NCBI GenBank assembly: GCA_964626265.1
Contig: CAZVCG010000005.1
Location: forward strand, 14,651-65,260
DNA from: an uncultured Rhodospirillaceae bacterium
Lineage (GTDB): Bacteria; Pseudomonadota; Alphaproteobacteria; UBA9219
DNA length: 50,610 nucleotides
Reading direction: 5' to 3'
Shown here: positions 1 to 10,393 of the stretch, one piece after another
Layout of the letters: the number at the start of each line of letters is the position of its first letter
How positions within the stretch are numbered: position 1 is the stretch's first letter
Made by a program: the position numbers and the translations under genes
The notes under the pieces: generated by a model
The model's input: only the letters and a program-made list of their open reading frames with translations
The model's database searches: none
What the model was told of the DNA's origin: nothing

Positions 1-271
1 ATCTATTCTAAAATTTCTTAAACCGATTAACCCTTTTCCGAAACGGCCAAGGCGCGGAGCGACGATGAGCCTCATATGGCGCATATCGCCGTCAAATATT
101 CTTTCATCAGAACGTTTTGTATCGTTAACGTCTGTTCGGAGCCATCAATTCTTTTTTGCCGAAAGTAATCATTTTCTAGATTCTCAGCGGCAAGTTTGCT
201 AATAATCAGTTAATACATGAAAAAGCATGGTTAATTTCTGTTCTATTGCAGACTAACGGGACTTTCAACGT

Positions 272-1195
272 ATGGCAATTAGCCAAACAACGCCTCATAA
301 AGCGCCTGAAGCCGCTCTGGCAGAGCCGGAATATGGCGCCGACAGAATAAACGCGCTTTTTGCCGAAACGAGGAGCGTTGCCGAAGCCCGCCCTTATGTC
401 CAGCAGACGCTCTACCAACGCAAGGATGTGACCAAGCCGCTGCGCTGGTTCATGGCCACGGACATTCTGGCCCTTATGATCGCGTTCATTACAGCATGGG
501 TTTTGGCGCAAGCCGTCAACTTGCATGTCATGGGACGCCTCGACGGTTTGCAGATCGGCGCGACCGACGGCCTCCACGTCGTTCAATTCCTGATGCTCAC
601 CGCAGGCGTTATTTTGTGGTTCGAGAATACGGGACACTACCATTTGCGCATGCCGCTCTGGATGGAAGCCAAGCGCATCATGACGACAATAGGATTTGCC
701 ATGCTCGTCGATGGTTTTCTGTTGTTTGCTTCCAAGCAAGACTTCTCCCGTTTATGGCTGATGGCCGGCTGGGTCTTCGCTGCCATTGGCGTATTGGCCC
801 TGCGCACGCTCTACCGGACTTTACGACGTTGGCAGGGCTCGTGGAAAGTGCGCGCGATGCTTGTCGGCGGCGGCGTTGCAGCCGACCAGGTCCGCGAAGT
901 TCTGCGCGTTGAAAAATCGCTTGGTCTTGACGTCAAAGTTCAGGTCGAAAACGTGGCCGAGGCTTTCGAGCAGGCCGGCGAATCATGGGAAAAGATGTGC
1001 GCCCTTTACGGCGCGGACTATATCGTCGTTGCGCTTGAGGGAGCCGAGTTGGCCAAAGCCGAGTTGCCGTTGGCGCAGTTGGCCAGGGAAAACGTGCCTT
1101 ATTCACTATCGTCTCCCGCGCGCCTTCCTTCCCTTTTCAGCAAGACGCCGCATTATTTTTTCAATCATGATGTCATGCTTATGACGCGCGCGTGA
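272..1195 (+). CDS. WbaP-like priming glycosyltransferase, N-terminal membrane and CoA-binding-like region only (no C-terminal sugar-transferase domain)
   Basis: Four TM segments, 'FSRLWL..GW', 'AMLVGGG', and the ending 'HYFFNHDVMLM' match the N-terminal two-thirds of WbaP. The ORF stops where the catalytic domain normally starts. Confidence 0.7.
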   Translation: MAISQTTPHKAPEAALAEPEYGADRINALFAETRSVAEARPYVQQTLYQRKDVTKPLRWFMATDILALMIAFITAWVLAQAVNLHVMGRLDGLQIGATDGLHVVQFLMLTAGVILWFENTGHYHLRMPLWMEAKRIMTTIGFAMLVDGFLLFASKQDFSRLWLMAGWVFAAIGVLALRTLYRTLRRWQGSWKVRAMLVGGGVAADQVREVLRVEKSLGLDVKVQVENVAEAFEQAGESWEKMCALYGADYIVVALEGAELAKAELPLAQLARENVPYSLSSPARLPSLFSKTPHYFFNHDVMLMTRA

Positions 1196-1288
1196 GATAG
1201 GCGGTTTTTCATACAAATGCCGTTATTTAACTTTTTAGCAGGGCCCTCGATCTAAAAGACGGGGCCGGAATCATTTTTATTAAGCGCC

Positions 1289-1903
1289 ATGGAACCCTTT
1301 CATAACAGCTTGCATATCATCACGCATTTTGGCGACAACGGGTTTCTCGCGGCCATCGTGATGGCCTCTTCCCTTTATCTCGCGTTGGCGCGAGCCCGCA
1401 AGGCCGCGTTGCTCATGTTCGCCGGTCCCGCGGCCGTGGCCGTGGTCATCGTCGGCCTCAAGCTGCTTTTCATGGGGTGCAACCGTCAACAGACGTTGGC
1501 GGTCTATTCGCCCAGCGGCCATGCGGCCATGGCTGCCGTGGTCTTGGGCACGTTGGCCGTCATCGTGGCGAAGGCGCAATCGGGCCTTCGGAAATTGATC
1601 CCTTTTCTGGCCGGATTGCCGTTGATCGCGGGCGTGGCCTCATCGCGCATTTTGTTGGGCATGCACTCGGTCAAGGAAGTCGTCATCGGTCTTGTCCTTG
1701 GCGGCCTTGCCGCGATCGCGGGCCATCTGGCGCTTAAGCGCGAAGAAGTAGAAATTTCCCGCCTTGGCCTGTTGGTCGTGACCGTCGTTGTGGCGGGGAT
1801 CGCGTTTTTCGGCGTTCACGTTCCTGTGGAGGATTTAATTGAGCGCGTCGCGCGATTGCTGCATCTTGACGGTCAGGTTTGCGAAACGCTTGGTAAGGTG
1901 TAA
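1289..1903 (+). CDS. PAP2-family membrane phosphatase
   Basis: PAP2 motifs 'PSGHA' and 'SRILLGMHSVKEV'; hydrophobic helices. Confidence 0.85.
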   Translation: MEPFHNSLHIITHFGDNGFLAAIVMASSLYLALARARKAALLMFAGPAAVAVVIVGLKLLFMGCNRQQTLAVYSPSGHAAMAAVVLGTLAVIVAKAQSGLRKLIPFLAGLPLIAGVASSRILLGMHSVKEVVIGLVLGGLAAIAGHLALKREEVEISRLGLLVVTVVVAGIAFFGVHVPVEDLIERVARLLHLDGQVCETLGKV

Positions 1904-1909
1904 GGCCAA

Positions 1910-3022
1910 ATGCGCATTTGTCACGTCATAGAGTCTGCGGGCACGGGAGCCGGACAGGTCGTCATCGACCTTTCGCATTATTGCGCTTCGCAAGGAGACG
2001 AAGTGACGGTCATCGCGGGCGCGCGGCGAGCGGAAGCGCATTTTGTGGATACGCTATCCGCCATGCCCGGCGTTAAGCTGGTCTTTTCGTCCATGCGCCG
2101 CGAAATAGGCCTGCACGACGCGCGGGACGCCTGGCTGCTTTACAAAGAGCTTCGCCGGCATGGGCCGTTCGACGTTATCCACGGCCACAGTTCAAAAGGA
2201 GGCGCTTTGGCGCGGCTAGCGGGAATCTTCTTTCCGAAAGCGGTCAAAGCCTATACGGCCCATGGCTTCATCACGATGGCGCCGTCGTCTTCGCGCGCCT
2301 ACGGATGGATCGAGCGTTTTCTGAGTTGTTTCTGCGATGCGGTCGTCGCCGTGTCCGAAGGCGAGGGGCGTCACGCGCTGTCGTTGGGAATTCCGGCGCA
2401 TAAGGTCAAGGTGATTCCAAATGGTACGACGGTAGGCCCTCAAACGCCCCGCGAAGAGGCGCGGCGGGAACTGGAAATCGCGCAGGAGGACGTGGCGCTG
2501 GGCTTTGTAGGCCGCATGGAAAGCCAAAAAAACCCCTTGCTGCTCATCGAAGCTTTCGCCGTTGCGGTTCGCGAACACCCGGAACTGAAACTGAACATGA
2601 TCGGGGAAGGCTCTCTAATGTCCGAAGTCCGCGCGGCCGTTGCGCGAAAAGGGCTTCAAGACAACGCGCGGTTGCTGGGTTACAGGCACGTCAGGCGGCT
2701 GATGCCCGCTTTCGACGCGCTTGTGTGCAGCAGCGATTACGAAACTTTGCCTATCTCGTTCCTTGAGGCTTTGTCGGCGGGCGTGCCTGTCATTACGCGT
2801 TATGTCGGCGGCGTCGAAGAGGCCATCGTCGAAGGCCAGACCGGATTTTTGGCGCAAGGGCCGGAAGCGGAACATCTTGCGCAAGCCATAAAGGCCTTCG
2901 CCGCAACGACGCCTGAACAACGCCGCGCCATGCGCGAACATACGCAAAATCACGCTAAGAATTTTACACTGGAACGCACAGGCAAAGCTACGCGCGACCT
3001 CTATCAATCGCTGCTGGCTTGA
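1910..3022 (+). CDS. GT4 glycosyltransferase
   Basis: 'HGHSSKGG', 'GRMESQKN', 'SDYETLPISFLEA' (EX7E). Confidence 0.92.
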   Translation: MRICHVIESAGTGAGQVVIDLSHYCASQGDEVTVIAGARRAEAHFVDTLSAMPGVKLVFSSMRREIGLHDARDAWLLYKELRRHGPFDVIHGHSSKGGALARLAGIFFPKAVKAYTAHGFITMAPSSSRAYGWIERFLSCFCDAVVAVSEGEGRHALSLGIPAHKVKVIPNGTTVGPQTPREEARRELEIAQEDVALGFVGRMESQKNPLLLIEAFAVAVREHPELKLNMIGEGSLMSEVRAAVARKGLQDNARLLGYRHVRRLMPAFDALVCSSDYETLPISFLEALSAGVPVITRYVGGVEEAIVEGQTGFLAQGPEAEHLAQAIKAFAATTPEQRRAMREHTQNHAKNFTLERTGKATRDLYQSLLA

Positions 3023-4422
3023 ACGTTACGCCGGCACGCAAGGCTTTTCAGGTTCTTTTTCTTTATATCGATCAAAAGTGGAATGCCGCCGAGGGCCAAG
3101 CCCTGTTCTGACCCTACCTTCTTACCGAATACATCCGTCGCCACACCGAATGTGCCTGTCAGGCGCACATCGGATTTCGCCGTTTCCGTCCAGGCGACCA
3201 CCGCTTCGCTTTCCGTGTTGAAACGCTTGCCGAAATGCAGAACATGCACGTCATTCCCACAGCTAACTGGACGCAAGACGCTCTCCAGCTTGCGTTCCTT
3301 CAAATACGGCAACACATGCTTCCACATAGCAATGGCAGGCTTTTCCTTTCCATCATACGTATTCATGCCGTACACGTGCTCGTCGTTATTGGCATCCGGC
3401 CCGCTGTCGCGCCATTCATAGATGGCGGTGAGAGGAACGCCCGCCGAAAGATTCACAAGATACATCCTTAGCTGAATCGCGGCGTGTTCCTCCTGCGTAT
3501 AGTTTCGCCAGCCGAGCCGTTCGCTCGCGTCGAGATCGGGCAAAGGGTATCCCCATTCGTCGACAGCGATGGGCACAGGCCTTTCCGGCTGCCAGCGCGC
3601 CAGAAACGCCTTCAGCTTGGCGTAATCTTTCAAGGCGGTCTCCGGTGGCGATGGCCGGTAGGGATGAACCGTAAACGCATCGAGGCACGTCAACGGATTC
3701 GCCTCACGGAACAAATCGCGCATGAAATCGTAACGGAACGCGCCCCCGTCCATGACGCTTACGGCGGGCGACATGACGCGAGCTTCCGGCACGGCGTTTT
3801 TAATGGCCCGGCAAGTCTCCGTGATGAGTTGGCCGACGATTGCGCCATCCGTTTTGGGCGGAAAACCGCCGTCGGTTTCCGGCTCGTTCCAGATAAGCCA
3901 CGTGAACGACTCCGCGCCATAAAGATCGCTGTAGTGCTGCGCCGTCGCGGCCGCGAACGCCCCGAAAGCTTCGACAGACTCCGGCGTACGCGGCGCGGCA
4001 GGAATTTTGTAATTGTAGCCATGTCCTGAAACCGTCACGAGCGGTCCCGTATAAAGCGTATTGCCGAAAAACAGCGTCGTGGACATATGCACGTCAAGCT
4101 CATGCAAGAGCTCGATCATGTCGTCATAATTAAAACCGCGCGTCTCGTCCAGTCCGTCGGCCACGATTTCACGGATCTGCTCACTGTCCCATGCGTAACG
4201 GCCTTTTTGCTTTTCGACTTCCGGCCAATTAATGCCGATGCGCACGTTGCGAAAGCCCGTTTCCGCCAGCTTCCGGATTTCGTCTTTCGATATGCGTTCC
4301 AACTTGATGTCAACGGCCAAGCCCTCGCCGAAAACAGGCTTGTTGCCATTGCTTGGTTCCGTTGAAGCTTCGACGGCCCTTGAACAGCAAAGAATAATGA
4401 GAACGAGGAGCAATCGGCTCAT
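3004..4422 (-). CDS. Secreted clan GH-A glycoside hydrolase (GH39/GH5-like)
   Basis: Signal peptide; acid/base motif 'IWNEP', 'HPY', nucleophile motif 'DEWGY'. Confidence 0.8.
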   Translation of the reverse strand: MSRLLLVLIILCCSRAVEASTEPSNGNKPVFGEGLAVDIKLERISKDEIRKLAETGFRNVRIGINWPEVEKQKGRYAWDSEQIREIVADGLDETRGFNYDDMIELLHELDVHMSTTLFFGNTLYTGPLVTVSGHGYNYKIPAAPRTPESVEAFGAFAAATAQHYSDLYGAESFTWLIWNEPETDGGFPPKTDGAIVGQLITETCRAIKNAVPEARVMSPAVSVMDGGAFRYDFMRDLFREANPLTCLDAFTVHPYRPSPPETALKDYAKLKAFLARWQPERPVPIAVDEWGYPLPDLDASERLGWRNYTQEEHAAIQLRMYLVNLSAGVPLTAIYEWRDSGPDANNDEHVYGMNTYDGKEKPAIAMWKHVLPYLKERKLESVLRPVSCGNDVHVLHFGKRFNTESEAVVAWTETAKSDVRLTGTFGVATDVFGKKVGSEQGLALGGIPLLIDIKKKNLKSLACRRNVQASSD

Positions 4423-4424
4423 TG

Positions 4425-5543
4425 CTAAAGGCTTTCAACAAGCGCGAGATATTGATCGGCCATGATGCTTAGCGCAAAACGCCTGTCAAGATAGGATTGC
4501 GTTTCTGCGCGCGCCTTGTCATCAAGCGGATTGTCCAGCGCTTGAAGAATTGCGGCGGCCATGGCCTTGTCGTCGTCGACGGGAACAAGCTGGCCATATC
4601 GCCCGCCGTCCAAAATCTCACGCGGTCCCGACGGACAATCCGTGCTGACGACGGCGACGCCGCAAGCAAGGGCTTCCGCAATGACGTTTCCGAATCCTTC
4701 GGAGCGCGACGACAACACGAAAACGTCGCTGGCGGCCATATTCGCTTGGAGGTTAGGCGTATAACCGGCCAAAAGGGCGTCGTTTTGAAGCCCCAGCGCG
4801 CCGATTAAATCCTGAAGTTTAGCGCGTTGTTCGTCTTCGCCGAAAATTATCAGCCTCGCCGGTTTGATGGCGCGCACGCGTGCAAAAGCCTTGATGAGCG
4901 TGTCGAACCCTTTGAGCGGAACCAGACGTCCGCAACTGACCACGACAGGAAGGGTTTTTTCCGCGAGCCAGGGATGGTCCGGCTTCTCGGCGGCGCGTTC
5001 GCGAAGACGCCTTAGGTCAAACCCATTCAGTATCGTCACGATTCGCGGGCGCGGGCCTATCCATCGCCGTAGGGATTTGGCGACGCCGGACGAGACGGCG
5101 ACCACGGTTTTCGGGTAGCGGTAAAAAATCGCGACGAGCAAACGTAGAAATTTCCGACGCGCGCCATATTCAAGCGAGGCATAGGCGTCGATGTCGAAAT
5201 GGATGGTAGGCACGACGTTCCTGTAACGCGCCCATGCGCTCGCCACGATTCCAAGAAGCGAGGGCTTTTCCATGGTCGTAAAGAACGCGGCGGGTTTCGC
5301 CTTCTCAAGATAACGGCGAAGAAACAGAACGGTTTTGAAAGGGTTTCGCGTGCCGATCTCGAGAATACTTACGCGGGAATCGACGTCGTTAGCGAGCGTC
5401 TCGCCCTTTTCCTGAACGATCAAATCGACCGAGGCCCCTTTGGCCGCCAACGCGTTAACCAATTGAACCGTATAGCGTTCGGAACCATAGCCGCGCAAAA
5501 GGTCAACGACGAAAACAGCGATGGGATTTGAAAGTAAAGCCAT
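4425..5543 (-). CDS. GT4 glycosyltransferase
   Basis: 'GRLVPLKGF', 'SRSEGFGNVIAEALACG', 'DCPSGPREIL'. Confidence 0.92.
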   Translation of the reverse strand: MALLSNPIAVFVVDLLRGYGSERYTVQLVNALAAKGASVDLIVQEKGETLANDVDSRVSILEIGTRNPFKTVLFLRRYLEKAKPAAFFTTMEKPSLLGIVASAWARYRNVVPTIHFDIDAYASLEYGARRKFLRLLVAIFYRYPKTVVAVSSGVAKSLRRWIGPRPRIVTILNGFDLRRLRERAAEKPDHPWLAEKTLPVVVSCGRLVPLKGFDTLIKAFARVRAIKPARLIIFGEDEQRAKLQDLIGALGLQNDALLAGYTPNLQANMAASDVFVLSSRSEGFGNVIAEALACGVAVVSTDCPSGPREILDGGRYGQLVPVDDDKAMAAAILQALDNPLDDKARAETQSYLDRRFALSIMADQYLALVESL

Positions 5544-5633
5544 GCCCTTAATTAACCTTTTTCGACGGCGAACTGTAGTTTATTACACATGACAATTGCA
5601 ACATAGCAACAACTTAGACGCGAATAGAGCCCG

Positions 5634-6674
5634 ATGACATCGCCGACGCCCGATCAAAACCTTGTTCGTCTTTATGCGATCTTGTGGGTTATCGGCTATT
5701 TAGCCGTATATTTCCTTTTTCGAGGACTCCTGCCGGAAAAGGCGCTGACCGACGCCGCTTACATTCAAGACGTTATTCAAGGCTTGGCCAAAGACGCGCC
5801 GACGCAAGGCTACGCCGCGATGGTGCGTCTGTTCAGCCTGTTGCCGCAGCCCGTCGTGTTTACGGCGGTCGGCGTTTTCGACGCTTATATACTTTATCGC
5901 GTCGTCATGTGCGTGAGCACTTTCCGCGGCATGGTGTTGTTGCCGCTTGCGCTTGTTCCCTTCATCGCCCTGAATCTTCAGGCGCCGACAAAGGAAACCC
6001 TTGTGTTGTTGATGTCGTTTTTGCTTTGGACTTTCGCCATGCGCGCCAAAAGCGAAGGCAAGACGGTTCTGGCCGTCACGGCCGCCTATGCGCTCTACGG
6101 CTTAATGGTGCGCGATTATTATCTTTTGATTCTGGGCGCGTTTTTGGGATTCTACGCCATGCTGAAATCGCCGCCTATGTTACGGTGGGTTTACGTGCTG
6201 CCCGCGCTCGTCGTTCTGCTGGCGATGCCGGAAAAAGGCTATATGCTTTTGGGAAACGCGCGGAACGAAGTGAACTTTCTGGTGGACTTCGGCAGCGGAT
6301 CCGAGGTGCGCACGTATTTTTTGAATCCGTTTCCATCCGACAACATGGTGCACTTCATCGGCAATTACCTTTACGCGTTCGCCATGCTCAACTTCCCGTT
6401 TTTGAAGGCGGTCACGATCAAGGAGGCCATACTGTTCGTCAACGTTTTGATAGGCGCGACGCTGATCGTCGTCGGCCTGCGCCGTCTCAGGGGCCCAATA
6501 CGGCTGTTGCCGATGCTGTTTCTCGCGCACATCGCGGTGCTCATCATTTTCGAGCCCGATTACGGCAGTTATTTCCGCCATTTCGGCAGCGTGCTGCTCT
6601 ATCTCATGCCGCCGTTGACGTATCTTGAAAAACAGCGCGTGGCCTATCTGCACGCCCAACACGGCAAGGCGTAA
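5634..6674 (+). CDS. Polytopic membrane protein, probable Wzy-like polymerase
   Basis: About 10 hydrophobic segments; lies in an EPS cluster that has Wzx, Wza and Wzc but no other polymerase candidate. Function inferred from context. Confidence 0.55.
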   Translation: MTSPTPDQNLVRLYAILWVIGYLAVYFLFRGLLPEKALTDAAYIQDVIQGLAKDAPTQGYAAMVRLFSLLPQPVVFTAVGVFDAYILYRVVMCVSTFRGMVLLPLALVPFIALNLQAPTKETLVLLMSFLLWTFAMRAKSEGKTVLAVTAAYALYGLMVRDYYLLILGAFLGFYAMLKSPPMLRWVYVLPALVVLLAMPEKGYMLLGNARNEVNFLVDFGSGSEVRTYFLNPFPSDNMVHFIGNYLYAFAMLNFPFLKAVTIKEAILFVNVLIGATLIVVGLRRLRGPIRLLPMLFLAHIAVLIIFEPDYGSYFRHFGSVLLYLMPPLTYLEKQRVAYLHAQHGKA

Positions 6675-6680
6675 GGGCGC

Positions 6681-7442
6681 ATGAGATCGGGCTGGCAAAC
6701 CATTCTGCGCACCAAGGTCGTCATTTCCCTGTGGAGCTTTCTCGCCTTGTGGGCGCATGACATGAATCCCGCCGGCTTCGAAGGTTCCTGTCTCGTCGTC
6801 GCGCCGCATCCCGATGACGAAACGCTTGGCTGCGGAGCGGCGATCGTCCAGATGTGCAAGGCGGGCCGGCGCGTACGCGTCGTTGCGGTGACGGATGGCC
6901 GCGCCTCCGAGGAAAAGTGCGGCTTGTCGCCGGAGGGCTTGGCGCAACGCCGCAAAAAGGAAATGCTGGACGCTTGCGAGCGTCTCGGCGTGTCGGCTGA
7001 AGACGTGGTTTTTCTGGGATATCCTGACGGCGAGGCCGACGGATATGTCGACTCCATACGCAACGATCTTGAAAAAGAGATTCAGGAAATGCGGCCGGGC
7101 CAAATACTGTCGCCATCGCCGTGCGACAGCAACGCCGATCATCGCGCGGTGGCCGTTGCCCTCAACGATCTCGTCAGAGAGAGCGACGCCTCCGCCGTCG
7201 TCCACGAATACATCGTCTGGTTCGAGCCGCTCGGCTATCTGTTCGACATGCTTCCCTTGGCTCTATCGGGACGGTTGCGCCGCGTGACGGCGCGCGCGGC
7301 GGACATGGCGGCCAAAAAGAGCGCGTTTGACGCTCACGGTTCGCAATACGGCGGGACGAAAGACCCGAATCAGACGCGCAAGAGACTATGGTCGCGCTTT
7401 TTCAGGCCCTATGAGATATTCGTCGAAACGCGGATTAAGTGA
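6681..7442 (+). CDS. PIG-L family deacetylase
   Basis: 'APHPDDETLG', 'TDG', 'GYPDG', 'DSNADH'. Confidence 0.88.
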   Translation: MRSGWQTILRTKVVISLWSFLALWAHDMNPAGFEGSCLVVAPHPDDETLGCGAAIVQMCKAGRRVRVVAVTDGRASEEKCGLSPEGLAQRRKKEMLDACERLGVSAEDVVFLGYPDGEADGYVDSIRNDLEKEIQEMRPGQILSPSPCDSNADHRAVAVALNDLVRESDASAVVHEYIVWFEPLGYLFDMLPLALSGRLRRVTARAADMAAKKSAFDAHGSQYGGTKDPNQTRKRLWSRFFRPYEIFVETRIK

Positions 7443-7457
7443 CGGACGATATACGCT

Positions 7458-8714
7458 ATGAGCAAAAATTCCTCCCGTATGTTCGGACAGATGCTAAGCG
7501 TCGCGCTGCGCTCGGTTTCCTTGGCGGCGAAGCTGGGGTTGACGCTTTACATGGGTCGCTATCTGGGCTTGGCGGATCTGGGCACATACGGCCTCGTGTT
7601 CGGCGCGGTGATGATCCTCAACGGGGCTCTGGGCATACGTTTTGATTACATCGTCTCGCGCGATCTGGTTGGCGAAGACCCCGTCAACACGCTCGGCAAA
7701 ATGCGGGATCAGGTCGCGTTCATGCTGCTCAATTACCTGCTGCTCGCCTTCGTCATGGCCATGGTTTCTTTCTCGCGCGCCACGGACATCGACAACGGCG
7801 CGCTCGCCTACATTTTTGTCTTGTCCATAGTGGAAAACCTTGCGTCCGCCGTACATGTCAACATGACGTCGTTGGGGCGTCCCGTTCTTGCGAATGTCCT
7901 TTATTTTGTGCGCGCCGCGTCATGGGTTTTCCCGTCCGTTATAATGGGTTTCGTGTCGCCGGCGTTCCGTGACGTGGAAGTCATCTTGAAAAGCTGGATC
8001 ATTGGGGTCGTGGCGAGTCTCGCTCTGGCGTTGTGGTTCTGGCGGACTCTGCCGTGGCGGGAGACATGGGGCCGCCCCGTCCATTGGCATTGGGTCAAGA
8101 CAGGCGTGCGTAAAAGCGTCTATATCTGGCTGGGCACGCTGGGTTTGTCGGCGGGGATGTATGTCGATCGTTTTATTGTCGCGAAATTTCTGGGAATCGA
8201 CGCGGTCGGCGTGGCGACTTTCTATCTTTCTTTCATCATCGCGATCCTAACGTTGGTGCAAAGCGGCGTCTTGTCGTTTTCCTACCCGCGACTCATCAAA
8301 ATGCACCAGCGAGGCGATGTGAACGGCTTTCGCAAAGAAGTCCGGCAGGCAGCCGTCCATACGGCCATATTCGCTGCGATCGTCGCCGTTTGCATGGGTT
8401 TTGGCGTTCCGTTGCTTGGCCGTTTGCTCGATCGGCCGGAGTTGTTTGAGGAAAAAGAGGCCCTTTGGCTTATGCTGTTGGCCACCTGGATACGCGCGAA
8501 CGCGGAAACAATGTACTGGGTGCTTTTCGCCCGTCACCAAGACAAGCCGTTGTGGCTTGGCGACCTCCTTTTCCTCCTACCGGCCTTTGGCTGCACTATG
8601 CTGTTTGTACCGTTTTTTGGCCTTAAAGGCATAGGTTTTGGTTCTATAGTGGCCTCTTTATTCTTGTTTTGTTGGAGGGGATGGCACGTTTTTAACCCCT
8701 CAACAAAGCCTTAG
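7458..8714 (+). CDS. Wzx-like polysaccharide flippase
   Basis: About 12 TM segments; 'LGLADLGTYGL', 'YVDRFIVAKFLG..VG'. Confidence 0.8.
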   Translation: MSKNSSRMFGQMLSVALRSVSLAAKLGLTLYMGRYLGLADLGTYGLVFGAVMILNGALGIRFDYIVSRDLVGEDPVNTLGKMRDQVAFMLLNYLLLAFVMAMVSFSRATDIDNGALAYIFVLSIVENLASAVHVNMTSLGRPVLANVLYFVRAASWVFPSVIMGFVSPAFRDVEVILKSWIIGVVASLALALWFWRTLPWRETWGRPVHWHWVKTGVRKSVYIWLGTLGLSAGMYVDRFIVAKFLGIDAVGVATFYLSFIIAILTLVQSGVLSFSYPRLIKMHQRGDVNGFRKEVRQAAVHTAIFAAIVAVCMGFGVPLLGRLLDRPELFEEKEALWLMLLATWIRANAETMYWVLFARHQDKPLWLGDLLFLLPAFGCTMLFVPFFGLKGIGFGSIVASLFLFCWRGWHVFNPSTKP

Positions 8715-8881
8715 CTGAAAAAAAGTTGTATGAAAGTAATTAAGGATTGAAAATAATAACGCAAACTTGGCCAAAAAGCTGGATCCCTAAAATTTAGCTT
8801 AAAATGAAAAATATCCAATTATATCAATAATTAAACGGCCATTAGCCGTAAAGATGTACGCTGAAATCATTACGAAAGAAC

Positions 8882-9412
8882 GTGGTGATTTCAGTGAAAA
8901 AGAATTTTCCCTTAATCTGGTTCTTTTTATTGATTTTGGATTTTCCCCTTCCCGCCCAAGCCGAGGTCGAGGATGGCACCCCCGTATCCCCGGCTATCGT
9001 AGCTCAATTAATGCAATGGGTTGAGGGCCAGATGGGAACCAAAGTACCTGTAATGCCTCAGGTTATAGTAAGCCGCAGCCAATTTGAACGCATTTTGAGC
9101 CGCTTGGGCAATCGCGTCGTTGGCCGTCCCCAAGCCGTTTATACGGCTGGAACCGTGTATTTAGACAGCGATAGGTGGGACCCTGAGGAGCCTACGCAAT
9201 TGAGCCTTTTGGTTCATGAGCTTGTCCATCACGCCCAATATTTCATGCGCGGCAACTGGCCTTGCTCGAACGCCAAGGAAGGCCAAGCTTATACTTTGCA
9301 AAACAGATGGCTGGAAATGAACGACCATGCGCCGTTTGTTAACATCGCGTGGATTAACCGCGTTTCCAGCTGCCCAGACCGTGGCGCCGCCACGCTGCTG
9401 GCGCAAAATTAA
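8882..9412 (+). CDS. Secreted protein with HEXXH motif (DUF6647-like)
   Basis: Signal peptide; 'LVHELVHHAQ...C...E..AY.LQ..WL'. Family assignment is from memory. Confidence 0.6.
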   Translation: MVISVKKNFPLIWFFLLILDFPLPAQAEVEDGTPVSPAIVAQLMQWVEGQMGTKVPVMPQVIVSRSQFERILSRLGNRVVGRPQAVYTAGTVYLDSDRWDPEEPTQLSLLVHELVHHAQYFMRGNWPCSNAKEGQAYTLQNRWLEMNDHAPFVNIAWINRVSSCPDRGAATLLAQN

Positions 9413-9674
9413 TCTTTCACATTAACCAATCGTCATTATCTATCTGAATCGTCAAGGGCAAGTTATCGGCTTGCTCTTTTCGGCGTGTTTTGCCGCGTGA
9501 ATTTTTATTGGCAATAACCTTATTTTTCGCGGGCAACACACTCGCGAAATTAATAATAATTATTGAGAATCAGGCTTGCGCTGACTTGAAAATAATGAAA
9601 ATACATGGACTAAGCTTAATCCATCTCGTATACAGAGTTATTCAAATTCGTCATCGATGATTTTCGGGGGAAAC

Positions 9675-10316
9675 ATGCGTCAATTTCAAAAACTGCTTTT
9701 TGTACTTGGGTTTACTTTGTTTGCTTGCGCGCAAACACAAGCCGCGACCGTTGCGGAACAAATCGTCAGCGCGATCGCGAGCAGCGATTATGCTCTCGTG
9801 CAAACGCTGGTCAAATCCAATCCGAATATGACCGGTAAAGCCGAAGATACGTTGCTAAAGAAAGTCCTCGGCAACGTTGTCGACAAACCGCAAGGCGCCG
9901 CCAAGACTATGTCGACGGCTTCCGTTATAGCGCCGGGCATTACGCCCGCCGATGCCAGGACTGTAGCGGAGGGTTTGCGTAAAGTCGTCAAGCTTATCGC
10001 AGACAAGCAGCTGCTGATTTGCAATCCTGAAGCCCAAGCGAACGTTAGCGATACGCAAACAGCCCCCGACCCCAAAAAGGTTGCCGATGCGAAGGCCGTC
10101 GCTTCCATTCTGGATTCAGCCGAAGACATCGCAAAGACACCGGCCATTGTTGCAATCGATCCGAAGCTTTTCGCCGAGATCGACGCGCAGCGCGCCCAAT
10201 GTCAAACCGGCGATGAAGCTCTCTTGGCGCAAAGCCCATCCAATCGGCCCGGGCACCAGCGGCCCAACATCATTCCGCCCATTATCCCTCCTGTGAATCC
10301 GGCAAGCCCGGACTAA
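9675..10316 (+). CDS. Secreted hypothetical protein with Pro-rich C-terminus
   Basis: ATG after a GGGGG SD; signal peptide 'MRQFQKLL...AQTQA'. Confidence 0.7.
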   Translation: MRQFQKLLFVLGFTLFACAQTQAATVAEQIVSAIASSDYALVQTLVKSNPNMTGKAEDTLLKKVLGNVVDKPQGAAKTMSTASVIAPGITPADARTVAEGLRKVVKLIADKQLLICNPEAQANVSDTQTAPDPKKVADAKAVASILDSAEDIAKTPAIVAIDPKLFAEIDAQRAQCQTGDEALLAQSPSNRPGHQRPNIIPPIIPPVNPASPD

Positions 10317-10393
10317 GGGGGAAGGGCAAGGCTTGTTCGAAAACATGATGGTCATGCGTTTCGATCGTTTGATTAAATGATTAGGAGATATAC

